A stretch of 64,000 nucleotides of DNA from Massalongia carnosa (lineage: Eukaryota). Every line of letters begins with the position of its first letter. Positions within the stretch are counted from its first letter, which is position 1. The stretch spans positions 3,596,001 to 3,660,000 of the forward strand of contig OZ287067.1 of assembly GCA_965645245.1 (NCBI GenBank), in the 5' to 3' direction. Position numbers and translations under genes: made by a program. Shown here piece by piece: positions 46,410 through 59,285 of the stretch. A model generated the notes under the pieces. That model did no database searches. It was given only the letters and a program-made list of their open reading frames with translations, and was not told the origin of the DNA.

Positions 46410-47760
46410 TGAAGGATCATAACAACACGAGAATTCCGACCAATCAAAACGCTCCCGCCCCCCCTATTTCCAATGGCACAGCCAAGGCAGCAGCCGTAGC
46501 AATAGCAGCAAGGGTCCTCCCTAGCGGAGACCTACAGGTAATAGTCAACAACGCCTCAGACACGGAACGCCTAAGAAAAGACACCCGATGGGCCATCAGG
46601 CTATCGAGCAAAGCTACTATAATACAGCCAAGCTTCGGCTTAATCGCGCACTTTGTACCGGCTAATCTAAGCATGACAGACATCAAGGAACGCCTCTGGG
46701 AGGAAAATAAGTCACATATGCCCGTTAGGAATAGGGTAACAGGAGTAGAATGGTTGTCCGGCACGAGTAAGGTAGGAGCCACAGCTAGATCCATGTTGGT
46801 ATACTTTGAGAACGAATTAGACTGCAACGCCATTTTGGCCTCGCAGCTAAATTTGGATGGGAGATCTTTCGCGGTGGAAAGACATGTTCCGGAGGCCAGG
46901 CTTAGGTAATGTTTCCGGTGCGGTAAGTATGGTCACACGAGCCATGCTTGCCTTTGAAGCATCAAACATGCTTCAAATGTTCCGAAAGTCACCACATGAC
47001 CGATTGCAAATCGGTCACTCTCAAATGCAATGCGTGTGGCAAGGAGGGCCACGGGGCAAGCGCAGAGTCTTGCCCGGAGCGAAAGAAGGAAAAGGCCCGA
47101 ATGAAGCGGGCCAAAGAAGAAGCTCTCCCCTTCTGGCCTCTCAGGGCCTCCTCAAGGGAGACCCTAAATGGTCAGGAACAAGAACGGAGCAGCCCGCCGG
47201 CATCGACCACGCCGACGGTCACGACAAGCAGTGAGGTGACCCCAGCCTCAACTCAGGTGGAACAGGGCCCTCGAACGGGCCCTGTACGAGAGACAGATTG
47301 GCAAACCGTGTCAACTCTCCGCAAGGGGAAGAAGCGGGCGCATGGGGAGGTAGATCCCCTGGCAGACAACCCCAGCTCTACCAACAGGAGCATGGCACAA
47401 GCAGCTTCTAAGAAGGGAAAGAAGAAACCCTCCTCGAAGGCTGTGGAGGTCTTGAGCATAAGGAGAACGACGATAGTTCTTCAATGACCACCAGATCGGC
47501 AACCGGTCGCTTGCAGCCCAGTACTCAGACAGAAGAGGAACTATGAGTGAATACACCCACTATCTGTCCATACGTCAGTACAACTGCAACAAATCCAAGA
47601 ACACTGTCATGGCGGACTTCCTTCGCAGGGAGGAAACCATGAAATACGGCATCCTGGTCATCCAGGAACCCTGGGCGGGGAACCCCTATCAACTCACCAC
47701 GCACAATCCTGTCAAAAATGGGTTTCACCTTCTCTATCCCCCCGAAACAGGAGAACATAG

Positions 47761-50700
47761 CATCACTCCTACGCATAGCATAGAGATTAGTCGCAATAAT
47801 CTGAATTATTTCATTCATAGAAGTTCTGTACTATCCAGAGACTTCTGGCACTCTGCCACCTATTTTCTGTGCATTGGGTCCATCATTCTCTATCCATCCC
47901 TCCTATTTTAAACAGGTTATGAGCCCGGTTAGCCTATAGTGCTGCTGAGTGATTTTCTTGTGTCAGTTTCGAGGTTATACATAACGAGATGGCGGACCAA
48001 CGCGACTCCACAGACCCTAATACACCAGCAAGTATGACCAGCCCTTCCCCTCCTTCCTCTTCATCTTCTGGCCCCGATGGGCAGTATACAAAAGCGGTAA
48101 GGAAAGGGGATATAAGGGTAGAGCCCAAGCTAGGTGCCGATAATTATTTAACCTGGGCGGAAGAGATGTGGATTCAGCTTAAATCTATGAGAGTCCTCAA
48201 GTTAGTAGAAGGAAAAACCCCTCAACCAGATACAGTAACCCGACCAAAAGACTTTGACGAATGGGACCACGATGATACCAACGCATTGAAATGGATACGG
48301 GCCAACTGTGAGAAAAGCCAATTGACTCACCTTCGAAACAAAACAACATCCAAAGCCGCCTGGGACGCTCTAAAGAAGGTCCATGGAGTCCACGCCAGAG
48401 GAAGAATCAACTATTTATTGAAGCGATTCTATACCTACAAGGCTGGATCCAGCGACTCCATCGATGATATAGCAGGGGCCCTTGAGACCTTACGAGTCCA
48501 GATTGCGGACATAAAATCGGAGTTTGAGCCTCACGATGCGTTGATGGCCATAGCCCTGATGAGTGCCGTGGAGGACCCTGCATTTGATACAACAAAGCTT
48601 TTATTGGAACGGGAATCCGAGCTTAGCTTGGAAGCAACTAAGGAGGCCTTGAAAGCGACGGAGCAGCGACTAAAATTCGAAAAGGATGACTCTGTCGAGA
48701 ATGCCCATCGAGCGAATGCAAAAAAGGGTAAAGGGCCACCAAAGAAGTGCGACCATTGCGGGAAACTTGGACATATCCGAATCTATTGCTGGAGCTGGCT
48801 CGATGACACCGACGAAGGCCAGGAATGGGAACGCACCCATCCTGAGCAACGGAGGAAACCGAAGTCCAAATCCGAAACATCAAAACCTGAACCCAAATTG
48901 AAATCACGGAGTACCACTAGGCCTACCTCCACGAGCAATACCAGTTCTTCCAACTTCTGTGGCCGAAGCAAAGGCACTGCCCGGCCGGCCAATGAAGAGG
49001 ACTTTGACGATGGTGCCAGTGAGGATGAAGGGTGGATGGCCGTGGATATAAAAGAGGAGGTTATTGATGAGAAAGTTGAAAAATTAGAAGAAATTTTTGA
49101 AGTCCGTGAAGGTGCAGAGGATAAAACTAGTGGCTGGATGCTAGACTCTGGTGCTTCACGTCATATGACCTATATGCGAAATATGTTCACGAAATTCGAA
49201 TACCACCGCACCCCAATTCGAATTGCTAATGACCAGAGGCTTTGGAGCAAGGGTAAGGGTGATATTTCTGTGGATATCGATGGTGTTGCCATTCACATGA
49301 CCGACATTTTATACGTACCCCAACTGGATGCAAATCTACTGTCTATTTCGGCATTAAACAAAAAGGGGTTAAATGTCTTGTTTCATGGAAAAGGTGTGGA
49401 GATCCTGCCGAAGGGTACCTCAGTGGCCAGCGGTTTTCTTAGAGGACGTACGTATTTCTTGCGGACCTCTCAGGTTGCCTTACAGGCATTCGCGGAAATC
49501 AGCGAAAATATCGAGGAAGCCAACCCCGAAGATCCTAAATCGTCGAACAAGCCTACAATAACAGCAAGAGATTGCACGCGAGAAAAATCGGTATCACCTG
49601 TAGGTCAAGAAAGGCCAGAAGAGCGTGAATACAGTCTGTGGCACGCCCGAATGGGTCACCCCAGCCCAAAACAACTCCAGGATTTATACCGCTATGCGTC
49701 TGGAATAACTTCCTTTTCACTAACTGTTACACAACTTTCATGTTTTATCTGCAACTTTACTAAGTTAACTCGAGTGGTCAGCCACGAGCCATTTTCGAAA
49801 ATAGTCCGGCCATTGGCCAGGATTCACACGGATATCTGGGGCCCCTATCGTACGGCTAGCCTCGGAAGCCATTCGGACTTTATTTCATTGATTGATGACT
49901 TTACACGGAAGTCCTGGCTAATTCTCCTTAAAAACCGACGAACCATTTATGGAGCTATCAAAGAATGGATGAATGTCGTTGAAAGAGAAAAGAATCAGCA
50001 GGTAATCAAATTCCGATGCGACAATGCTAAGGAGTACAAGAAATTCATGGAACTTATTCGACCCGATGGCATTCGCGCTGAACCCACTACGCCGTATACT
50101 CCAGAACAGAATGGAGTTGCGGAACGATATAACCGAACAATCGTTCAAATGATTAGGTCCATGCTCGTATGGGCGAAATGCCTCATTCCTTCTGGGGAGA
50201 AGCAGCAATGACTGCTAACTATCTCAGAAACCTCCTCCCTACCGCCAAAGTTAACCAGTCACCCGAAGAAAAATGGACGGAGCAAAACCGGACATCAGCC
50301 ATCTACGCACCTTTGGCTGCTTGGTTCACGTTCATATCCCGAAGGAAAATCGATCCAAGCTGGATAAAGTATCCTGGCAAGGAATTTTCGTCGGATATCA
50401 CTCTTCAAACCAATATCGCATTTATAATCCAAAAACGAGCAAGGTAGAATGGCATACTTCAATTAAGTTCCTAGAAAATACACCCGGCGGGATCATTCTA
50501 GGAGGAGCAAAACCAAATGAGGATCGCGAGTTATTCGTACAGTCCGGCGTCACTAATGATGCTGACGACAATAGTACTGATAATGAGGATGACACAAATA
50601 AACCTGATTCTGATCAAGTGGGAGCGCCTAAGGGTGTTCAAAATCAGGTTAGAGACGAAAATTCAGGAGGGGATTCAGGATCAAATCCTGAAAATCAGCA

Positions 50701-53067
50701 AGTTATCACTGATTCATCCCCTAATGCTTATCAGCGACCAGGTGGTTCAACGTTCCGGTCTCAAAATCATAATCGAAACTCTTCCACTCCTACGAACCCT
50801 TCCACTTCCGTATCTTCATCAACCATCAAGTCTTCTTCTTCCACTATACCAAAACCTCTGCTAATAAGCCTACTCGTCGATCAACGCGGGAGCGAAAGCC
50901 ATTCGATAAGTACGGCTTCGATAAAGCACACGGGCATATAGCTCGGAAAGCAGACATGGACGCAAACCTAGACCAGAGTGATCACAAGCAAGTTTATCAA
51001 ACCCCCAAGCTATCCGAACCCCGCTCCTATAAAGAAGCCATCAAATGCATTGACTGGCGTAAATGGCTAATAGCAATAGACGAGGAGCTTTGTGCCCTCA
51101 TTGCTAATGGCACATGGGAGTATTGTAAACGGCCGCATGGCAGAAATATCGTGACGTCCAAATGGGTATTCAAGATAAAATATACGGTCAACAATTTCAT
51201 AGACCGCTACAAGGCCCGCCTAGTTGCACGAGGATATACACAAATATTCGGCCTAGATTACGAGGAGACCTTTTCACCCACACTCCATCAGGAATCTTTG
51301 CGGATGCTTTTGTCGCTCGCAGCATATTTCGGGTTTGAAATCGAGCAAATGGATGTTCCGAATGCCTATCTTAAAGCGGATCTAGAAGAAATTATTTACA
51401 TGGAGATGCCCGAAGGCCTCACGCCACCACCAGGCTATGAAGACTGCGTATTACGACTACGGAAGGGCCTTTACGGATTGAAGCAATCCGGACGAGAGTG
51501 GAACAAAAGAATATCTAAATTCCTACGTTCTATTGGCTATAAGACCCTCACAGGCGATAATTGCGTCTTTGTCAACCAAACCTCGCACGTAATCATCGCG
51601 TTGTACGTAGATGATTTACTAATTTTCTCAAAGAGCAAGACAGCGATCAAAGATGTCAAAAAACTATTTAAATCGTGAGTACAAAATGAAAGACCTAGGG
51701 CCAGCACAGTACATGTTGGGTATTCGCATTCGACGTGAAGGAAAACGGGTTTTCCTCGATCAATCCAGAACTTCCTTCGCGATTACCAGATGGATAACGC
51801 CAATCCAGTACTAACACCATTAGACGGGAAAGAAAGCCTTACACCTGCAACGGCTGACGAGCCCAGAACCAATCAATTAGAATATCAGAAGCGTATTGGC
51901 AGTGTCATGTACGCTATGGTAAGCACGAGGCCAGACCTCGTTTTGCAGTTGGAAAACTCAGTCAGTACACGCATGATCCAGCCACGAGGCATCGAACAGC
52001 CCTTGACCGAGTCCTCAAATATCTCAAAGGGACAGCCGACCTAGCCCTCGTATACGACCATAACCGTAACGGTGATCTCATTAGCTTTGCGGAATGCCGC
52101 ATACGGCGATGACGTCAATGACCGCAAGTCAACCTACGGGCATACAATGTTATTGGGCAATGGGGCAGTGATTGGGCAAGCAAGAAGCAAGGATCAGTGG
52201 TTACGTCAACAATGGAGGCGGAATATTCATCCATGTGCCAAGCAGGCAAGGATATCGTATGGGTGACAAGGTGGATGAATGAATTGGGATTTGGCAAGCA
52301 TATAAACTTCCCGATCAAGCTGAACGGTGATAATCAGGGAACCCTCGACTTGATCAGAAACCCCGAGCATCATAGCCGATCAAAACACATAGACATCCAA
52401 CTCCATTACCTTCGCGAAGTCATTAACGATGGCTATGCTTCAACTAGTCACGTATCCACACACGAGATGATAGCTGATATATTCACCAAGCCCTTGGGAG
52501 CAACCATGTTCAAAGAACTACGAGCCAAGCTTGGTGTGCAAGAGGTGGAATAAGAAAAGGGGAACACAGGCTCAGTGGGAGCTAATGGACCAAATCAGAT
52601 TGCACAAAACAGGTCCAAACCAAATTCAAATTGCATACAGAAGAGGTGAATTGACATAGATTGATAAAGGGTTTAGGAGTTAGGGATAGAGGTATTTTTT
52701 CTGTTAAAATTTCTCAGCTGACTTTGCAGTAGGAGTGTTACGAATGCCAAGCCAGCTAGATCATATCTAACGTAATATGCGAATGCCCTCGCGTATTTTA
52801 CTGACATGGGAATAGTTACATCTGAGAATTTCTGGTATCTTCGATGCTTAGAAATTCAGGTCTACAGACGTTCGAGGAGAATCTCGAATGTTCTGTGATC
52901 ATATATGTATATAACATCACTCCTACGCATAGCTTAGAGATCAGTCGCAATAATCTGAATTATTTCATTCATAGAAGTTCTGTACTATCCAGAGACTTCT
53001 GGCACTCTGCCACCTATTTTCTGTGCATTGGTCCATCATTCTCTATCCATCCCTCCTATTTTAAACA
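47761..53067 (+). mobile_element. Ty1/Copia retrotransposon with truncated 5' LTR and frameshifted gag-pol (47989-52553)
   Basis: 5' LTR remnant ends 47914, then PBS GGTTATGAGCCC. CDHCGKLGH, WMLDSGAS, integrase, YVDD and RNase H. 3' LTR 52736-53067. Confidence 0.92.
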
Positions 53068-53189
53068 AACTTTTCAACGATGTGAGCATGCTCGCGAGCG
53101 TACTCCTTCCTTCGATGAGAATCTTATATTGATTGATGCAGGTCATTAGATTGATATGAGTAATTCGGCTAAGGCGAAAGATAATGCCG

Positions 53190-53357
53190 GGACCGAGTGG
53201 AGGCAGGCCGCGAAACAGCCGACGAAGGCTGAAGGCCGTGGATAGCCGAAGGACCGAGTGGAGGCAGGCCGCGAAACAGCCGACGAAGGCTGAAGGCCGT
53301 GGATAGCCGAAGGACCGAGTGGAGGCAGGCCGCGAACAGCCAACGAAGGCCGAAGGA
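53190..53357. repeat. 61-bp tandem repeat (two full units plus one partial)
   Basis: GGACCGAGTGGAGGCAGGCCGCGAAACAGCC... starts at 53190, 53251 and 53312. Confidence 0.9.
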
Positions 53358-53659
53358 CAAAGGAGGATGATGTCCAAAATAGTTGGACAAACAAGGGAGA
53401 GAAAGGGCATAAATAGGTGGCCTTTTGGTACTCTTCTCCTCATCATCATTGATTCGGAGTTCAGCACCAAAAGGTCTTTTGCCCACCCACCCACTCCCTA
53501 AGTCAGCCGCATAGGTAGATGGAGTTTTTCCCCTCACTGCTGCCAAAACAAAGCCATTATAGGAGGGGCCCTCAGCAAAACTGAGCGCCAGCAGGGCAGC
53601 AGCGAGGGGAGAGTTGCCCAAACATAGATAGAAATTATGTATATGTTCAGCTGACACGA

Positions 53660-54365
53660 TGGAACCCGCGAATTACCCACAGAATGTAGCAAATCAAGGC
53701 CCCCGCGGCGAAATCTATCCTCACTCAACACGCCTCCTTCGAGCTCGACCTCATCCTTATTCGCCTCAATCTCTCTCTTCCCTTCGACCTCATCGACGAT
53801 CTTTTCGACCTCGGGCTCCGAGCCGCGAGCGAGATCGAAGGCCGTTTGTCAAGAGACCGCATAAGGTGGGATATCAAAAAACCAGCGGGCGTGAATGAGG
53901 GAAACGGGAATAGGGATCGAGTCGATGATGCATTTATACAATCAGCATTTGTATGGAAGACCGTACCTTAAAGGCAATTCACAATCATAAACACAGCTTT
54001 CATCATCAGGGACAATTGGAAGGATTCGTTCAGCTAATGATTTGGCGGCATCGAGTTCTCTTGAAACGAGGCCATGGCATGATGCGTAATTTTCTCAATG
54101 AGTAGCGTAAAAGCATTTCTATCTATCAATCTAGGATTGCGTTTTCGCTGTTGATTGCACAAAATCTCCTGATCTAATTGTTTTTTCCGCACCTCATCAC
54201 ATATTTTCTGCACCGATTGTCTTATAGGAGTGTTTCAATTGATCACATTTTTAATCAATGAACGCAGACCTTCTGAACGCTGTGTGCTGTGTGCGCCTAA
54301 ATTAGGGAGTTTGGTAGTATATGCATGCACGAATTGAATTTCTTAATGTTGATAGAAATTCATGA
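53660..54365 (-). pseudogene. Decayed MULE transposase fragment
   Basis: EDRFRRGGLDLLH, YGLP.KC and PNLGAHSTQRSEG, matching the MULE at 15450-16210. Confidence 0.75.
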
Positions 54366-54674
54366 GTAGAATAAGCACTGAAGTTTCTCACTACAGATTT
54401 GTGCCTTTTCGTCCTACAAGGCTAATAGGTCAGTTAACTTAATGGTAAAGCTTATTTAACTGCGAGGTCGTTATACGCCGTGACATAACTAAGATTTCAA
54501 AGCAAAGTGTATTTCAAAGCAAAGTACATTTCAGGACAAGAGTTTCGAAGTAGCTTAGAAATCAAAGCAGAGCGACATTCTTTGAAGCAGGAATTAATAA
54601 TCCAATGATTAAAATGGTATATAAAGACGTAAAGGGCGATGGAGGTGGGTGGGGAAGGAGGTCGTAATAATTTT

Positions 54675-57095
54675 CTATGTGAAAAACTTTTCTAGGTACT
54701 GGGAAACCATATTACGCCGCCCCTGTGGCCGAGTCCCAGTCTTGTCGGCCGATGCGGACGCGATCTGCTTCCCGTCTGGCGAGAATGCCAGCGCCCGAAC
54801 ATAACCCGATTGACCCTTGAGGATGTTGCGCGAAGCCCCCGTGGCCGAGTCCCAGAGCCTGATCGTCATGTCGCCCGATGCAGACGCGATCTGCTTCCCA
54901 TCTAGCGAGAATGCCACCGCCCGAATATAACCCGAATGACCCTTGAGGATGTTGCGCGAAGCCCCTGTGGCCGAGTCCCAGAGCCTGATCGTCATGTCGC
55001 TCGATGCGGACGCGATCTGCTTCCCGTCTGGCGAGAATGCCACCGCCCGAACATAACGCGAATGACCCTTGAGGATGTTGCGCGAAGCCCCTGTGGCCGA
55101 GTCCCAGAGCCTGATCGTCATGTCGCCCGATGCGGACGCGATCTGCTTCCCGTCTGGCGAGAATGCCACCGCCCAAACATAACCCGAATGACCCTTGAGG
55201 ATGTTGCGCGAAGCCCCTGTGGCCGAGTCCCAGAGCCTGATCGTCATGTCGCCCGATGCAGACGCGCTCTGCTTCCCGTCTGGCGAGAATGCCACCGCCC
55301 GAACATAACGCGAATGACCCTTGAGGATGTTGCGCGAAGCCCCCGTGGCCGAGTCCCAGAGCCTGATCGTCATGTCACCCGATGCGGACGCGATCTGCTT
55401 CCCGTCTGGCGAGAATGCCACCGCCCAAACACAACCCGAATGACCCTTGAGGATGTTGCGCGAAGCCCCCGTGGCCGAGTCCCAGAGCCTGATCGTCATG
55501 TCGTCCGATGCGGACGCGATCTGCTTCCCGTCTGGTGAGAATGCCACCGCCTCAACATAACCTGAATGACCCTTGAGGATGTTGCGCGAAGCCCCCGTGG
55601 CCGAGTCCCAGAGCCTGATCGTCATGTCGTCCGATGCGGACGCGATCTGCTTCCCGTCTGGTGAGAATGCCACCGCCTCAACATAACCTGAATGACCCTT
55701 GAGGATGCTTGCCATATGCCAATAGATTTGAGTCGCTGGTTCTGATTTTGAAAGTGCTACTGCTTCCTTAGAAGCAGGCAAAATATTTTCAGCAAGCACG
55801 CCCGTAGAGCTATGCGTCTCGTAGAATGAAATTGAGTCTTGAGTGCTCCAACTAGCGGAGGGCTCAGGATCTGAACAGTTCAGCGGTGTTGACATTGGCT
55901 TTGTAACATTGATTTTTCTGCAAAGATATCAGCAACACTACAACATTATTATTATAAGATGATATAATATTTTTCTGTCTCCATCCATAAGAAGTAATAC
56001 CCCGGAGTGTCGGGAGCCGCGTCTTCTATAAGAGAATCCAACCACGAATGTTGTAAACATTCATTAGCCCTTGGACGATCCTCAGACTTTGACGCCATTG
56101 AGCTTTTTAAGAAGTCGCATCCCTGTCCGCTTACTTTGTTTGCAAGCAAGACATTCAAAGGAAATTCAAAGTGCCCGCAACATACTGACCTAGACGGCGC
56201 GGGTCTTTGAAAAGAATCTCGCCGGTGAGTATGAAGAATGTTATAACACTTAGAGACCAGATATCAACAGCGTTTGTATACGAATCATTTGATTCGTCGT
56301 TCGATTGAATAAAGCCGAGTACTTCTGGTGCCATAAAAGCAGGTGTGCCTCTTTGGGTTCTTAATGCTGTAAGTCCCTCTGTTGCCCGCTTGCTGACTCC
56401 AAAGTCTGCGACTTGACCCACCAATCTGGGCCTTTGTCCACAACTAGTATGTTCTGTATTACTTAGAGTATTAGCTAATTTTCAGATTATATTGATGCAT
56501 GTAGCTAGGCTTACAGCTGGCTTTAAATCTCTGTGAGCGAACCCTTTATCATGCATGAAATGTAAGCCTTCGAGGATCTGAAAAACGATATGCTGTCCTT
56601 CCTTCTCTGGTAGCGGTGAACCGAGGTACTTATGCAAATCACCGTATGAAAAGTACTCCATAGTAATAAATATGCTGTCACTATCATCATACCAGCCGAA
56701 GGACTTAACAAAGCATCGTTCGTACTAACTTGACGTTAGCGTAAGGTGTGGAAAAGTAGGTTGTGAAAGAATAACAGCGGTAGACTTACATTGCTGTGAG
56801 AAAACAGAGCAATAGCTTCCAATTCTCTGTAATAATCGCTGGACTCAAGTTTTCGGATCTTCTTTACAGCTCGTACTTTCCTTTCACTGTTCCCTTGAAT
56901 ACACCGCTCTAACCAGACGATCCCGAAACTGCCGCTGCCTAGCATACTTTCTCTCATCCATTTTTCCTCCATGCGAACTTTTCTTTGTCTTGCCGTACTT
57001 CCAGAAACGTACTGGACGTGTTGCGTATATTCCGGATCAGAGTGGAATTGAGTCTCGAGTTTTGAAACCTGCACAAGGTCTGAAATAGGTGGCAT
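54675..57095 (-). pseudogene. Ser/Thr protein kinase fused to 8 WD40 repeats (frameshifted)
   Basis: ATG 57095. LGSGSFG, AVKKI, RELEA, MEY, HRDLKPA|NIL, ADFG, GTPAFMAPE and VDIWSL. Intron 55918-56000 joins the kinase exon in frame to the WD40 exon. 1-nt deletions near 56415 and 56170, and a small deletion in the last repeat. Confidence 0.85.
54720..55710 (-). repeat. Eight 126-bp WD40-coding repeats of very high identity
   Basis: LKGHSxxVxAVAFSPDGKQIASASxDMTIRLWDSATGASRNI x8. Confidence 0.97.
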
Positions 57096-57650
57096 GGTAG
57101 CGATCTGACATCTGCTCTTGTGCGGACAGGAGGCGCTTGGTCTGTAGATCATCAGCTCGAACTCACGCGCAAATCGTAGGATACCGGCAGTCACCGATCA
57201 CAACTTACAATCACAACCCGCAAAAGACGGTCAGTCATTCATGTACCATAGTGTAGTATGTGAACTATGCCTGACCTACATCCCGAAGCCTGAGCACTGC
57301 TCCGCATCAGCGACGGGGTCGTCGTCAGAGGCGCCGGATTCAACGGAGATGACAGGGCCCGGTTATTCTGACTGGTAGAGCGTGAAGGAGATCTCTCAAA
57401 CACCCCTTTATGATATAGGTAGCTATAAGCTCGTTCTCATGATGGCTACGGAAAACGAAATCTAGCCTTATGCCTTCTGCCTTAGAACTCAGCCCCGCCA
57501 TCACATCCCCAAGCTCAAGCTTTACCCTATCTAGCTAGCGCAGACACCGCCTCTATCGAGTGTTCCGCCTAATGGAATACAACAACGTCTCTCTTCCCCA
57601 TCATTTATCGCTTTTTTTGTGTCCAGGATCCAAGTACACCGTCGTGACTC

Positions 57651-59285
57651 ATGGCAGAAGTAGTCGGGATAACCTTTGCTGTTTTTGCAACAGCCGACCT
57701 ATGTATCAAGTGAGTTGCTCGTCCCCATTCTCTCTCTGTTGCACTGCCATCTGACACAATCCAGATATGGTAAGATTCTTGTCGAGACATGCGCAACCTT
57801 CAAGGGCGCAGAGGCCGAGATAAATGAGCGAGTACTCCGCGTAGAAATCACTGGAAACGCACAGACTTACAACTAGACTTTATCAAGCGGATATGGAACG
57901 GCCTAGACGAGGAACATCAATCAATTCAGGATCGGATTTACCAGGTACTAATCAAAAAATTAAGCCTCATAACCTCTAAAGTTGTTAAACTGTCCAAAAG
58001 GAGATGCGATAATCAAGCAACAAAGCGCTAGGTTATAGAAGTAAATAAATTGAAATATGTCTTGATGAATCTATTGAGGATTTGACCTCATGGCAGAAGT
58101 TGTTCGATCCATCTTGGTTTTTAATCCTGAAGGTCTCAAGTCCCTTGATTGATCAGGAGCTGAGCAGAAATGGGTCGGCGATATCTTCGTTCACCGGCAT
58201 GCATAGCCTTAGAGACGCTCTGAGGGAGCAGCCTCTTCAGAAAGTCTCCGTTTTCCTTCCAAAAGATGGAATTGAGACGGCGCGGATGCGCGAGATTCCT
58301 TTCGCATCTGCGAAGTGTATGCAGAGAGCTGGTTCGGACAAATGGTTCGTGTTAGACCGCATCCCATGCGATCCGGAAGTCGACATAGGCTTGATGACGA
58401 GAGATGTAAGGGAGCTTGCAAGAAAACTCTCTTCTGTGGACCCTCTTACATTCGGCATACTTCAGTGCCGCGGCGTAGTTCGAGTTATAGAACCCAGCAG
58501 CGGCAGATCATCCTCTTTTGATTTCATATTCCGAATACCCAGAGAGCTCAGCAATGAGCCTAGAAGTCTTCGGAGTTATCTCTCCTCATATTTCGATCAT
58601 ACACTTACCGACCGTTTCCAGCTTGCAAAACAACTCGCCAATTCTATCAGCTATGTCCATACGCTTGGCTTTGTGCACAAGAACGTCCGGCCAGAGACTA
58701 TTCTTGGGTTTCAAACTAATGAATCTGAGTTTGGCATGTTCTTCCTTGTCGGTTTCGAGAAGATGCGCACGGCAGATGGTCGAACAAGGCGGTCAGGTGA
58801 CTCTACTTAGGAGAAGAATCTCTACCGTCACCCACATCGTCAGGGATTAAACCCTGAGGAAACCTGTACTATGCAACATGACATCTACAGCCTAGGTGTC
58901 TGTCTTTTGGAGGTTGGGTTGTGGGAGTCATTCGTATCACATGCGGATGGTGTGACAGCCCCTCTTCCTGCCGCAGCACTCGGCATTACTTCGAGCCCCG
59001 AACTCAAACAGCCAGCTCTGATTAAAGAGCGCCTGATCGCTGTTGCGAAACGCGATCTATCCAAGCGGATGGGAGAGCGATACGAGGAAGTTGTGATAAA
59101 CTGTCTGACTTGCCTAGATCAAGACAATGCAGATTTTGGTGATCAGAGCGAGTTCGAAGACCAGGATGGTGTCTTAGTGGGTGTGAAATACATTGATAAG
59201 GTTTATCAATTATACAGCTTTTACGGAAAGCTCGTGCTTACAATGTCTTTAGATACTTATGAAGCTGAACGAAATTCTAGTATAA
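57651..59285 (+). pseudogene. HeLo-like domain + pseudokinase protein (MLKL-like architecture)
   Basis: MAEVVGITFAVFATADLCIK|YGKILVE... hydrophobic N-terminal helix and helical domain. Kinase-like lobe with HKNVRPETIL (no HRD), VGFE (no DFG), YRHP, HDIYSLGVCLLEVGLW and end YIDK|ILMKLNEILV*. TAG at ~58029 and 58808, plus frameshifts. Confidence 0.8.

Larger units (their letters stand above)
44259..47760 (+). mobile_element. Tad1-like LINE, 5' part (ORF1 with three zinc knuckles; start of ORF2 endonuclease), interrupted and 3'-truncated
   Basis: CFRCGKYGHTSHAC, CFKCSESHHMTDC and CNACGKEGH..C. ORF2 at 47543 with QYNCNKS and LVIQEPW (APE). Confidence 0.85.

Noticed and set aside
54712..55538. 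Repetitive alternative-frame ORFs (54712-55176 -, 54936-55538 +)
   Set aside because: Shadows of the 126-bp WD40 repeat.
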